Shown here one piece after another: positions 11,930 through 21,300 of a stretch of 64,000 nt of DNA. Source of the DNA: Armatimonadota bacterium (GTDB taxonomy: Bacteria; Armatimonadota; SYMT01). How positions within the stretch are numbered: the stretch's first letter is position 1; every line of letters begins with the position of its first letter. Under the pieces are notes generated by a model. The model saw only the letters and a program-made list of their open reading frames with translations, had not been told where the DNA came from and ran no database searches. The DNA is taken from positions 64,001 through 128,000 of the forward strand of contig JBKBRF010000003.1 in the NCBI GenBank assembly GCA_046292385.1. The letters are read 5' to 3'. A program made the translations under genes and the position numbers.

Positions 11930-13114
11930 ATGGCGATCTCCGAGCAGTCACCTCCACGGCCGGCGGAAGCCCGGTTGAAGATCGAGCGAGTGGAAAGCGC
12001 GGACGGGCTCCGCGCGCTCTTTCCGGAATGGCAGGAACTACTGCGGCGCTGCCCGGACCGCTCCCTCTGCCAGACGCCGGTCTGGCTCGGAACGTGGTGG
12101 CAGGTCTTCGGCGGCGGTCGAGAGCTCTGCGTGCTGACCGCGCGCGACCCGCAGGGGGAGCTCCGCGGCATTGCCCCGCTCCTGTTACGCACCGTCCGGC
12201 ACCGTGGTCTGGTGCCGCTGCGGCGCCTGGAGCTCCTGGGGACCGGGGAGCCGGAGGCGGACGAAGTTGCTTCCAACTACGTCGACTTCCTCACCGACTC
12301 GGAGTGGGAGCCGTGGGTTACCGCCGCCTTCGCGCAGGCCCTGGCGGGAGAGCTGGCGGACGCCTGGGATGAGCTCTACCTGACCGCTTTGCCTGCGGAA
12401 AGCCTGCGCGCGCGGGAGCTGCCGGCGCTGCTGGGGAAGCGCGGCTGCCGCGCGGAGGCGCTTGCCCGGACCCCCGGCGTTTACGTCTCCCTGGAAGACG
12501 GCTGGGAAGCCGCGCAGGCGCGGATGCACGCCGGCCACCGGAAGTCGCTCCGCCGCCGGCGGCGCCGGCTGGAAGAGGCGGGGGAGGTCCGCTTCGACTG
12601 GGCCACGGGCCCCCAGGAGCTTCGCGAACGCTGGCCGATCCTGCGCAGCCTGCACGAGCGCGGCTGGGCGGCCCGGGGCGGGACCGGCTGCTTCCACAGC
12701 GCTCCGTTCCGGGAGTTTCACCGCCAGGTGACCGAGTACCTGCTCCCGCGCGGCGGGGTGCGGCTCGCGGTCCTCTCTCTCAACGGAGAGCCGCTGGCGG
12801 CGGACTTCTACTACCTCTACCACGGCCGCGTCTACGCCTACCAGGCCGGCCTGGACCCGGAACGCGGCCGGCAGCTCAGCGCCGGGACGATCGGCATCGC
12901 CTGCGGCATGGAAGCGGCCGCGGCGGAAGGTCTGGAAGAATACGACTTCCTCCGCGGCGTCAGCGAGTACAAGACGGTCTGGTCGGACGCCCGCCGCGAG
13001 CAGCTCACCCTCCGCATCGCCCGCCCCGGCCTCCGCGAGACCCTCCGTGGTACGATCGAGGCCGGCGTGAGCGCAGTCCGCCCGCTGCGCTCGCGACTGA
13101 GGCGACCGGTGTAA
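11930..13114 (+). CDS. GNAT-family N-acetyltransferase (CelD/BcsL-like, Acetyltransf_6)
   Basis: LFPEWQELL...QTPVWLGTWW, LRGIAPL, C-terminal YDFLRGVSEYK motif. Confidence 0.85.
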   Translation: MAISEQSPPRPAEARLKIERVESADGLRALFPEWQELLRRCPDRSLCQTPVWLGTWWQVFGGGRELCVLTARDPQGELRGIAPLLLRTVRHRGLVPLRRLELLGTGEPEADEVASNYVDFLTDSEWEPWVTAAFAQALAGELADAWDELYLTALPAESLRARELPALLGKRGCRAEALARTPGVYVSLEDGWEAAQARMHAGHRKSLRRRRRRLEEAGEVRFDWATGPQELRERWPILRSLHERGWAARGGTGCFHSAPFREFHRQVTEYLLPRGGVRLAVLSLNGEPLAADFYYLYHGRVYAYQAGLDPERGRQLSAGTIGIACGMEAAAAEGLEEYDFLRGVSEYKTVWSDARREQLTLRIARPGLRETLRGTIEAGVSAVRPLRSRLRRPV

Positions 13115-13139
13115 GAAAAGGAGATAGGGGGCTTCTGTG

Positions 13140-13167
13140 GGATGAAGGATGAGGGATGAGGGATGAA
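13140..13167. repeat. Heptamer tandem repeat (GGATGAR)x4
   Basis: ggatgaa ggatgag ggatgag ggatgaa. Confidence 0.8.
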
Positions 13168-13168
13168 G

Positions 13169-13248
13169 CCGAACCCTCGGTGCACGGCAGATCCTGCTCC
13201 TGCTCTGGCTCGCTGGCGACCCTGGGGGTCCGGCACGTCCCCGTGAGC
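13169..13248 (-). repeat. ~80-nt dispersed repeat, copy 1 (inverted relative to 15833-15907)
   Basis: Reverse complement shares ggtcgccagcgagc, aggagcagga and ggttcgg blocks, in order, with 15833-15907. Confidence 0.65.
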
Positions 13249-13516
13249 TCGCTCCAGGCGCAGTCAAAGCGATGAAGGCGGAACGATGAGGGCGGAGCCT
13301 CCCGGCTCGGGCACTCCTACCGCTCTGAGAATAGCCGCCGAGGAGTAGCGGCATCACACCCTCGGTCCCTACTCAGGAGAGGGACCGAGGGTGAGGCCGC
13401 GTGAGCAGGAGCCGCCGCCGCACTTGCACCTGCCGGGTAGTGGAAAGCTTCAGCCTCCGTTGACTCGTCGCAGCCAACGGGAGGCTGAATCTTTCTTACA
13501 AGCTGCGGAGCCCGGG

Positions 13517-14440
13517 CTAGAATCCGCCTACCTTTCCGCCGGTCACCATGATCACCTCGCCGGAGATGTAGGAGCTGTCCCGCGCCGCCAGGAAGACGTA
13601 GGCGGGTGCCAGCTCCGCCGGCTGGCCGGCGCGCTTCATCGGGGTGTTGGCGCCGAAACTCTCCACGTGGTCTTTGGAGAACGAGCCGGGGATCAGCGGC
13701 GTCCAGATCGGACCGGGCGCCACGGCGTTGACGCGGATTCCTTTCTCGATCAGCTCTTCACTCAGCGAGCGGGTGAAGTTGGCGATGGCCGCTTTCGTGG
13801 CGGCGTAGTCCTTCAGGCCCGGCGACGGCTGGTAGGCCTGGATCGAGGAGGTGTTGATGATGGCGGAGCCGGGCTGCAGGTGCGGCACCGCCGCCTTCGA
13901 CATGTAGAAGAAGCCGAAGAGGTTGGTGCGGAAGGTCCGCTCGAGCTGCTCCGCCGTCAGCTCTTCCAGGCTCTCCACCACGTGCTGCTCCGCGGCGTTG
14001 TTCACCAGGATGTCGAGCTTTCCCAGCTCGCGGACACACCGCTCCACCGCTTCCCGGCAGAAGCGCTCGTCGCCGATGTCCCCCGCCATCGCAAGGCACC
14101 GGCGCCCGTAGCGCTCCACGCAGCGGACCGTCTCCTGTGCGTCCCGGTCCTCGCAGCGGTAGACGATGGCGACGTCTGCTCCTTCCTTCGCGTAGCAGAC
14201 CGCCACCGCCCGGCCGATGCCGCTGTCGCCGCCGGTGATCAGCGCGACTTTCCCCTCCAGCTTGCCCGCCGCGCGGTACTCCGGATCGTCGAAGATCGGG
14301 CGCGGCTCCATCTCCGCCTCGCTCCCCGGCAGCGACTGCTCCTGCGGCGGAAAGTGCTGCGGCTGCTGAAGCGCCGGCTGGCGCATCAGCTCCATCTCAT
14401 GCTCTTCGTCCTGGACTACCTGAGCCTGTTCTTCCGGCAT
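13517..14440 (-). CDS. SDR-family oxidoreductase (general-stress YhdF/YghA type)
   Basis: LITGGDSGIGRA, ILVNNAA, YAATK, IRVNAVAPGPIWTPL, N-terminal PPQEQ.LPG.E.EM.P.P; GAGGAG RBS before 14440. Confidence 0.92.
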   Translation of the reverse strand: MPEEQAQVVQDEEHEMELMRQPALQQPQHFPPQEQSLPGSEAEMEPRPIFDDPEYRAAGKLEGKVALITGGDSGIGRAVAVCYAKEGADVAIVYRCEDRDAQETVRCVERYGRRCLAMAGDIGDERFCREAVERCVRELGKLDILVNNAAEQHVVESLEELTAEQLERTFRTNLFGFFYMSKAAVPHLQPGSAIINTSSIQAYQPSPGLKDYAATKAAIANFTRSLSEELIEKGIRVNAVAPGPIWTPLIPGSFSKDHVESFGANTPMKRAGQPAELAPAYVFLAARDSSYISGEVIMVTGGKVGGF

Positions 14441-14570
14441 GGAACTCCTCGCTCGCCCGGCCGCGTCGCCGGCCCGCAGCGCCGCCGAATCCGGACGGGC
14501 AGGGGCACGGATGCCGGGAACGGCGGAGGAATACCCGTCCCCAGAAGCGCTCAAACCGTCGTTGCCAGGG

Positions 14571-14681
14571 ATCAGAGGCCAGGGGTCAGGGGTCGGGTTG
14601 ACAGGTTGGCAAGTTGCAGGTTGTCAGGTTGCCTACACGACAGGTGGGGTTCCAAACCTGGAACCTGGAACCTGGAACCTG
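14571..14681. repeat. Cluster of short tandem repeats (GGTCAGG-like, CAGGTTG-like, (AACCTGG)x4)
   Basis: Read directly; aacctgg x3 plus aacctg at 14655-14681. Confidence 0.7.
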
Positions 14682-14719
14682 ATCCCGGGCAACCTGCAAA
14701 CCGCGCCGGCAGGGTATGC

Positions 14720-15703
14720 ATGGAACAGAAGGGAGATCCGCTTGTGAAGGCACAGTTTCCGGCGGAGACCGCGCAGGACGGCTCGTTCGTGCGCCAGGAG
14801 TACCAGTTCCGCGATCGCATCACCGCCGACGGCTCCTCCGGCTTCCCCGCGGAGCCGGGACGCTACCACCTCTACGTCTCGCTCGCCTGCCCGTGGGCCC
14901 ACCGGGCGATCATCGTCCGCCGCTTGCTGGGACTGGAAGAGGTGATCACGATGTCGGTGGTCGACCCGATCCGAAACGGGCACGGCTGGGCGTTCACGGA
15001 AGGACCGGGGCACGGTCCCGACCCGGTGAACGGCTTCCAGTTTCTCTCGGAGGCCTACCACCGGACCGATCCGGACTACCGGGGCCGCTACACGGTGCCG
15101 TGCCTCTGGGACCGGGAGACGGGGCGGCTCGTCACCAACAACTTCCCGGACATCACGATCGACATGGAGACGCAGTTCACCGCGTTCCACCGGCCGGGCG
15201 CGCCGGAGCTCTACCCGGAGGCGCTGCGGGAGGAGATCGACGCCGTGAACGCGCCGATCTACCGGGACGTGAACAACGGCGTCTACCAGGCCGGCTTCGC
15301 CACCACCCAGCGGGCCTATGAGCGGGCGGTGGAGGCGCTGTTCGCGCGGCTCGACTGGCTGGAGGAGCGGCTCTCCGCGCAGCGGTACCTGGTCGACGGC
15401 CGGCTCACCGAGGCCGACATCCGGCTCTTCACCACGCTGGTCCGCTTCGACAGCGTCTACTACGGGCACTTCAAGTGCAACCTGCGCCGGCTGGTCGACT
15501 ATCCCCACCTCTGGGGCTACACGCGCGATCTCTACCAGCGGCCGGAGTTTAGGGAGACGGTCGATTTCGACCACATCAAGCGCCACTACTACATGACGCA
15601 CGAGCAGATCAACCCCACCCGCATCGTGCCGAAAGGACCGCTCATCGATTGGGACGAGCCGCACCGTCGTGCAGAGCTCTCCGGAGACAGAGAGACGGAG
15701 TGA
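14720..15703 (+). CDS. yqjG: Glutathionyl-hydroquinone reductase (Xi/omega-class glutathione S-transferase)
   Basis: GRYHLYVSLACPWAHR, YTVPCLWD, VNNGVY.AGFA, LTEADIRLFTTLVRFD, FDHIKRHYY, INPTRIVP; start 14720 (ATG) or 14744 (GTG). Confidence 0.92.
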   Translation: MEQKGDPLVKAQFPAETAQDGSFVRQEYQFRDRITADGSSGFPAEPGRYHLYVSLACPWAHRAIIVRRLLGLEEVITMSVVDPIRNGHGWAFTEGPGHGPDPVNGFQFLSEAYHRTDPDYRGRYTVPCLWDRETGRLVTNNFPDITIDMETQFTAFHRPGAPELYPEALREEIDAVNAPIYRDVNNGVYQAGFATTQRAYERAVEALFARLDWLEERLSAQRYLVDGRLTEADIRLFTTLVRFDSVYYGHFKCNLRRLVDYPHLWGYTRDLYQRPEFRETVDFDHIKRHYYMTHEQINPTRIVPKGPLIDWDEPHRRAELSGDRETE

Positions 15704-15796
15704 CAGAGAGACGGAGTGACAGAGAGACGGAGTGACAGAGGGACGGGGAGAGGGAGACGGAGAGAGGGAGACGGAGAGACAGAGGGATGGAGAGAG
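15686..15796. repeat. 16-nt tandem repeat (GACAGAGAGACGGAGT)x3 plus degenerate octamers
   Basis: Read directly; overlaps the GST stop codon. Confidence 0.8.
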
Positions 15797-15832
15797 CCGG
15801 GCACGGAGACCCGGACTCTCCAAACCGCCCCT

Positions 15833-15907
15833 GCTCGCCAGGACATGTCGGGGTACCGCAGGTCGCCAGCGAGCAGGAGCAGGACCTCCCGCACACGGAA
15901 GGTTCGG
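15833..15907 (+). repeat. ~75-nt dispersed repeat, copy 2
   Basis: Matches the reverse complement of 13169-13248. Confidence 0.65.
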
Positions 15908-15909
15908 AC

Positions 15910-15996
15910 TTTAGCCTTTAGCCTTTTGCCTTTAGCCTTTTGCCTTTAGCCTTTTGCCTTTAGCCTTTTGCCTTTAGCCTTTAAAGGCCTTTTGCC
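15910..15996. repeat. Heptamer tandem repeat TTT(A/T)GCC, 10 contiguous units plus 1
   Basis: Mostly alternating tttagcc/ttttgcc units, ending a few nt from the AKR stop. Confidence 0.9.
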
Positions 15997-16001
15997 TTTA
16001 C

Positions 16002-17033
16002 TTAAACCGGCGCCGGGTTGCGCTCCACGAAGTTGCGCTGGTGCCAGTAGGGATACGCCGGCCGGGTGTCGCTCGCGGCGTCGAGGCGGGCGACCTGCTC
16101 CGGCGTGAGGCTCCAGCCGACCGCCGCCAGGTTCTGGCGAAGCTGCTCTTCGTTGCGGGCGCCGATGATGACGGTGGAGACGGTCGGCCGCTGCAGCAGC
16201 CAGTTGATGGCGATCTGCGGAACGGTCTTCCCGGTTTCCGCGGCGATCTCGTTGATCGCGTCGACGATGGTGAAGAGTCGCTCCTCCGGCACCGGCGGGG
16301 CGGCATTCCGTTGCCGCTCGTTCTGCAGGCGTCCCGTCTCCGGCACCGGCTGGCCCCGGCGGATCCTGCCGGTGAGGCGTCCCCAGCCGAGCGGGCTCCA
16401 GACCACGGCGCCGACTCCCTGGTCCAGCCCCAGCGGCATCAACTCCCACTCGTAGTCGCGGCCGACCAGGGAGTAATAGGCCTGGTGCGCCACGTAGCGC
16501 GCGAGCCCGTAGCGGTCCGAGACGGCGAGCGACTTCATCAGGTGCCAGCCGGAGAAGTTGGAGCAGCCGATGTAACGGACCTTGCCGCTCCGCACCAGCT
16601 CATCCAGGGTTGAGAGCGTCTCCTCCACCGGCGTCTGCGCGTCGAAGCCGTGGAGCTGGTAGAGATCGAGGTAGTCGGTCCCCAGGCGGCGCAGGCTGCC
16701 TTCCACCGCCTGGAGGAGGTGGTAGCGAGACGAGCCGACGTCGTTCGGGCCCTCCCCGCTGCGGAAGGTCCCCTTGGTAGAGATCAGCACCTGGTCGCGG
16801 CGGCCGCGGATCGCCTTTCCCAGCACCTCTTCCGCCAGGCCGTTCGAATAGACGTCGGCCGAGTCGAACATCGTCACGCCTGCTTCCAGGCAGAGGTCAA
16901 CGAGCCGCGTCGCCTCTTCCACTCCGGTCGAGCCCCACGCCTGGAAGAACTCGTTTCCGCCGCCGAAGGTCCCCGTGCCGAGACAGAGCGCCGGCACCTT
17001 CAGTCCGGATTGGCCCAGCCTGCGAAACTCCAT
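16002..17033 (-). CDS. Aldo/keto reductase
   Basis: LGQSGLKV..LCLGT, FDSADVYSNG, LISTK, SLRRLGTDYLDLYQLH, GKVRYIGCSN, WSPLGWG. Confidence 0.93.
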   Translation of the reverse strand: MEFRRLGQSGLKVPALCLGTGTFGGGNEFFQAWGSTGVEEATRLVDLCLEAGVTMFDSADVYSNGLAEEVLGKAIRGRRDQVLISTKGTFRSGEGPNDVGSSRYHLLQAVEGSLRRLGTDYLDLYQLHGFDAQTPVEETLSTLDELVRSGKVRYIGCSNFSGWHLMKSLAVSDRYGLARYVAHQAYYSLVGRDYEWELMPLGLDQGVGAVVWSPLGWGRLTGRIRRGQPVPETGRLQNERQRNAAPPVPEERLFTIVDAINEIAAETGKTVPQIAINWLLQRPTVSTVIIGARNEEQLRQNLAAVGWSLTPEQVARLDAASDTRPAYPYWHQRNFVERNPAPV

Positions 17034-17411
17034 TCCCTGCTCCTCATGCGGTCATCCGCGCGGCCTGCCGCCGCCCGCATCAGCGTATCGTCTTCCCTCC
17101 CCGGGCGTGCACTCGTCTTGGGTCGGTTCCAGCCCCGCGTCTACATGAATATTTAATTCTCCTGGTGCCTGATGAGGCACGATTCTTGCACGGTTGTCTA
17201 AAGGACAGAGTAGGGCCATCGGGAGTCCACGCGCTCTCATCCCACGGATGGAGTCTGCGAAGCGAACAAATCAACCGACCGGTCGGCAGGGCACTGCGCC
17301 GCGAGAGAAGAACGGAAAAGCGAAAGTGCAAACCATGGGCGTGCGGAATCAATAAGGAGTTCGTCCACTGTGATAAACCACTGCAACCTTTGGCGCCTGC
17401 ATGAGGACGCC

Positions 17412-18065
17412 ATGACGCGGGATAGCCATGGCTTCGTATGGACGGAAGAGCACACGTTATCGGAGGCAGACGGGCGCATGGACCACGCATCGACGCTCGA
17501 GTTCGCCGGCCGGGCAAACCGCCTGCGGCACGCGGCGCTGCACGTCGGCGTCCGCGCCGGTGCCCTCCGGAAGCAGGCTCGGGAGCTGTGCCGCGAGACC
17601 GCTCAGCGCCGGCGCAGCTCGGAGGCGGAACGGGAGCCCGCTCCCGAGATCACGGCCCCGGACCGTTGGGAGGAGACCGTCTCCCCGGAGTCTCACTCCG
17701 ATCTGCGTCCGGTAGTGATGTTCTGCTGCTCGGGGCTGACCCGGCTGCGGCTGCAGCGGTGTCTCACCGGTTTCGGCTACCGGCCGGTGAGCGTCTCGCC
17801 GGATCCTGCGCAGCTCCTCCGCCTGGCGCCGACTCTGGCGCCGGACGTGCTGCTGATCGACCTTTCCGCCCTCGGCGACCAGGCGCCGGCCCAGCTCCGC
17901 AGCCTGCGAGAGGCCTGGCCCGCTGCCGTGGTGCTCGCCATCGTTAACTCCACGGCGCAGGCGCGCATCGCCCGGGAGGCCGGGGTGAGCGCGGTCTTGG
18001 AGAAGCCGTTCACCGACGACCAGCTCCACGCGCTCCTGGGCCAATTCATCAACTCCGCACCCTGA
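17412..18065 (+). CDS. Protein with C-terminal atypical response-regulator receiver domain
   Basis: PDVLLIDL and AGVSAVLEKPFT receiver motifs; acidic pocket appears replaced by CC; start uncertain (17370/17412/17478). Confidence 0.65.
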   Translation: MTRDSHGFVWTEEHTLSEADGRMDHASTLEFAGRANRLRHAALHVGVRAGALRKQARELCRETAQRRRSSEAEREPAPEITAPDRWEETVSPESHSDLRPVVMFCCSGLTRLRLQRCLTGFGYRPVSVSPDPAQLLRLAPTLAPDVLLIDLSALGDQAPAQLRSLREAWPAAVVLAIVNSTAQARIAREAGVSAVLEKPFTDDQLHALLGQFINSAP

Positions 18066-18335
18066 CCCCCGCAGAGGAGCCGCCTGCTGAGACGCACCTG
18101 GCGACCGGGCCGATGCTCGCTCGTCGGGCGCGGAAACATCCCCTGTGCCGCCGCGTGTGAGCCGTGGCAGGGGCGGGAAGGCTGATGGTACTCCGCGCTG
18201 CCCCGCCGCCCACCCCGGACGGCGCTGCGTCGGAAGTGCGCGTCTCACCAGGCGCCGGGACTGCCAAGCGGCCTTCTGCGGAGGGGCAGAGGTCCGTCCC
18301 CCAGCCGCCGGCTTTGTTCACCAGGAGCGGAGCCC

Positions 18336-21300
18336 ATGTGGATCTCATCTTTGGCTGCGGAGGCGGTGCGCCGCGGCGCCTCGCGTCTGCTCTGCGGCGG
18401 CCTGCTGATCGCCGCCCCGCTGGCCGCCGCGGGCTCCGCGGCGCAGACTTCCGGTGCTGCCGGCGCCCCGGCGCCGCGGCCGTCGCTCGAGACGCCGCCG
18501 GTAGCGTTTGAGCGGAACCGCGGCCAGACCGATCCGGAGGCACGCTTCGTCGCGCGGGGGAGCGGCCACACGCTTTACCTGACCCCGCGCGAGGCGGTGC
18601 TGCAGCTTCGCGCCGGGCCGCCGCGGCGAGAGGCCCCCAGCGCGGCTCCGCGGCCGTTCAGCAAGGTGGAGACGGCGACGCTCCGCTTCTCCCTGGCGGG
18701 TGGGGCCCGGAGCCCCCGTCTGACGGGAGTGGAGCCTCTTCCCGGGACAGTGCGATACGTCCGCCGGGGAGAGGCGGCGCCGATTACCGCGGAGACCTTC
18801 GCGGGGGTGCAGTACGAGGAGGTCTATCCGGGGATCGACCTCCACTACTACGCCGCGGCGCGGCAGGTAGAGTACGACTTCGTGGTCGCTCCGGGCGCCG
18901 ATCCCCGGCGGATCCAGTGGAGGATCGAGGGAGCGCGGTCAGCCTCTCTCGAGCGGGGCGACCTGCTCCTGCGGACCGCCGCGGGCACCCTGCGCCACAC
19001 CCGGCCCGTCGCCTACCAGGAGATCGCAGGCGCCCCGAGGCCGATCCGCTGCGACTACACCCTTACTTCCTCTCGGCCGGGAGAGACACGGGTCTCGTTC
19101 CGCGTGGGGGAGTACGACCGCTCCCGTCCCCTCGTGATCGACCCGGTCGTCATCTTCGCCACCCCGTTCGGCGGCACCGGTCAGGATACGGTCAACGGCG
19201 TGGCGGTGGACCGGACCGGCGCGAGCTACTTGACCGGGCAGACCGCGTCGCTCGACTTCCCGACGCGGAACCCGATCCAGGCGGAGAAGAGCGGCGTGTT
19301 CGGCCTCTTTGACGCCTTCGTGACGAAGATCAATCCGACCGGCACCAGCTTGGTCTACTCCACCTACTTCGGCGGCACGTCGGACGACAGCGGACAGAAG
19401 ATCGAGGTCGATGCCGCGGGGGCCGCCTACGTGGTCGGCACCACCACGTCGAACGACTTTCCGGTGACGCCGCGGGTGGCCGACCGCAGCTACAACGGGC
19501 TGGAGGACGTCTTCGTGCTGAAGCTCGACCCGACGGGAACGGACGTGGAGTACTCCACCTACCTGGGCGGCTCCCGCAGCGACGTCGGGCTCGGGATCGC
19601 CGTCGATGCAAACGGGTTGGCTCACGTGGTCGGCTCCACCGAATCGCTCAACTTCCCGATCGGTGGGCGCTCCTTCGACCGCTCTCAGAACGGCCTGTCG
19701 GACGCGTTCCTGGTCCGGTTGAGCGCCGATGGGCGGACGGTGGATCTCGGCACCTTCCTGGGCGGCGACGGGTTCGACGTCGCCCGGGGGGTTGCGCTCG
19801 ACGCCGACGGCGCGATCTACCTGGCCGGCGGCACCGACTCGTTGAACTTCCCCACCACCTCCGGCGCGTTCGACCGCACCCGCGGTGGGATCCGGGATGC
19901 GTTCGCGGCGAAGCTGTCCCGCGGCGGCGGCTCGCTGGTGTACAGCACCTTCGTCGGCGGGTCGGCGAACGACGAGGCGTATGACGTGGCGGTGACCCCG
20001 GCCGGGGTGGCATGCCTGACGGGGGAGACCCGCTCGCTCGATTTCCCCACCACCTCGGGCGGCTTCGACCGGACCGGCAACTTCCCCACGCGGGATGCGT
20101 TCGTGGCCTGCCTCGCCCGCAATGGGGCCAGCCTGACTTACGGCACCTACCTCGGCGGCGTGGGCGACGACGTGGGGACGGGCATCGACCTCGACCCCGC
20201 GGGCCGGCTCTACGTGGCCGGGTTCACCGCGTCGGTCGACTTCCCGCTGAGAGAGCCGGTCGACGTGGAGAACGGCGGTCTCTACGATGCCTTCGCCGCG
20301 AGCTTCGCTCCCGGCGCCACGGGAACCGCCTCACTCCTCTATTCCACCTACTTCGGCGGCAGCGCCGACGACGCTGCGTTCGACGTGGCGGTCGACGAGA
20401 ACGGCAGCGCCTACCTCGCCGGCGAGACCTTTTCCTTCGACTTCCCGCGCGTCGAGCCGCTGCAGTCCGCTCTGCGGGGGGTTCGCGACGGGTTCCTGGT
20501 CAAGTTGGCGATCCTGCCGGGTCTCTCCGCGCCGAGAGACCTGACGGCGACGGCGGTTTCGGCTACGGAGGTCGAGCTCAACTGGGTCGACCAGAGCGCC
20601 GGGGAGAGCGGCTTCGAGATCGAGCGGCGCACGGAGACGACCGGCTTCACCCGGATTGCCACCACGGCCGCCAACGTGGAGCGCTTCCGGGACACCGGGC
20701 TGACGCCGGGTGTCCGCTACACCTACCGGGTGCGGGCGGTGGGACTGCGCGCCACCTCCGCCTACTCGAACGAGGCGTCCGTCGAGACCGCGTCCGGACC
20801 GCCCTCCGCGCCGGATCAGCTCCAGGCGGAGGCGGTGTCCAGCACCTCGATTTCGCTCACCTGGCGGGACACCAGCGCCAACGAGAGCGGCTTCCGGATC
20901 GAGCGGAAGACCGGGAACGGGAGCTTCACCCAGGTGGCGACGGTCGACGCGAACGTCACTTCCTACCTCGACACCGGGCTGTCGCCTGGCACGCGGTACA
21001 CGTACCGGGTGCGCGCGGTGAACGCGGCCGGAAGCTCGGCCTTCTCCAACGAGGCCTCCGCCACCACGTCGTCCGCGCCTCCGCCCGCCCCGGACCGGCT
21101 CGCCGCGAGGGCGCTCAGCAGCCGGAGGGTCGAGCTGACCTGGCGGGACCGCAGCACCAACGAGGAGAGCTTCGAGGTGGAGCGCCGGCTGGAGAACGGC
21201 ACGTTCCAGCGGGTCGCCGTGCTGCCCCCGAACACCACGCGCTACGAGGACCAGGGGCTGGAGCCGGAGACGGTCTACTTCTACCGGGTGCGCGCGGTGA

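Noticed and set aside
13391..15703. 770-aa fusion ORF
   Set aside because: The 5' part is the antisense shadow of the SDR gene; only 14720 onward is the GST-family gene.
15686..15996. Possible CRISPR array
   Set aside because: The repeats are contiguous 7-16-mers with no unique spacers, and there are no cas genes.
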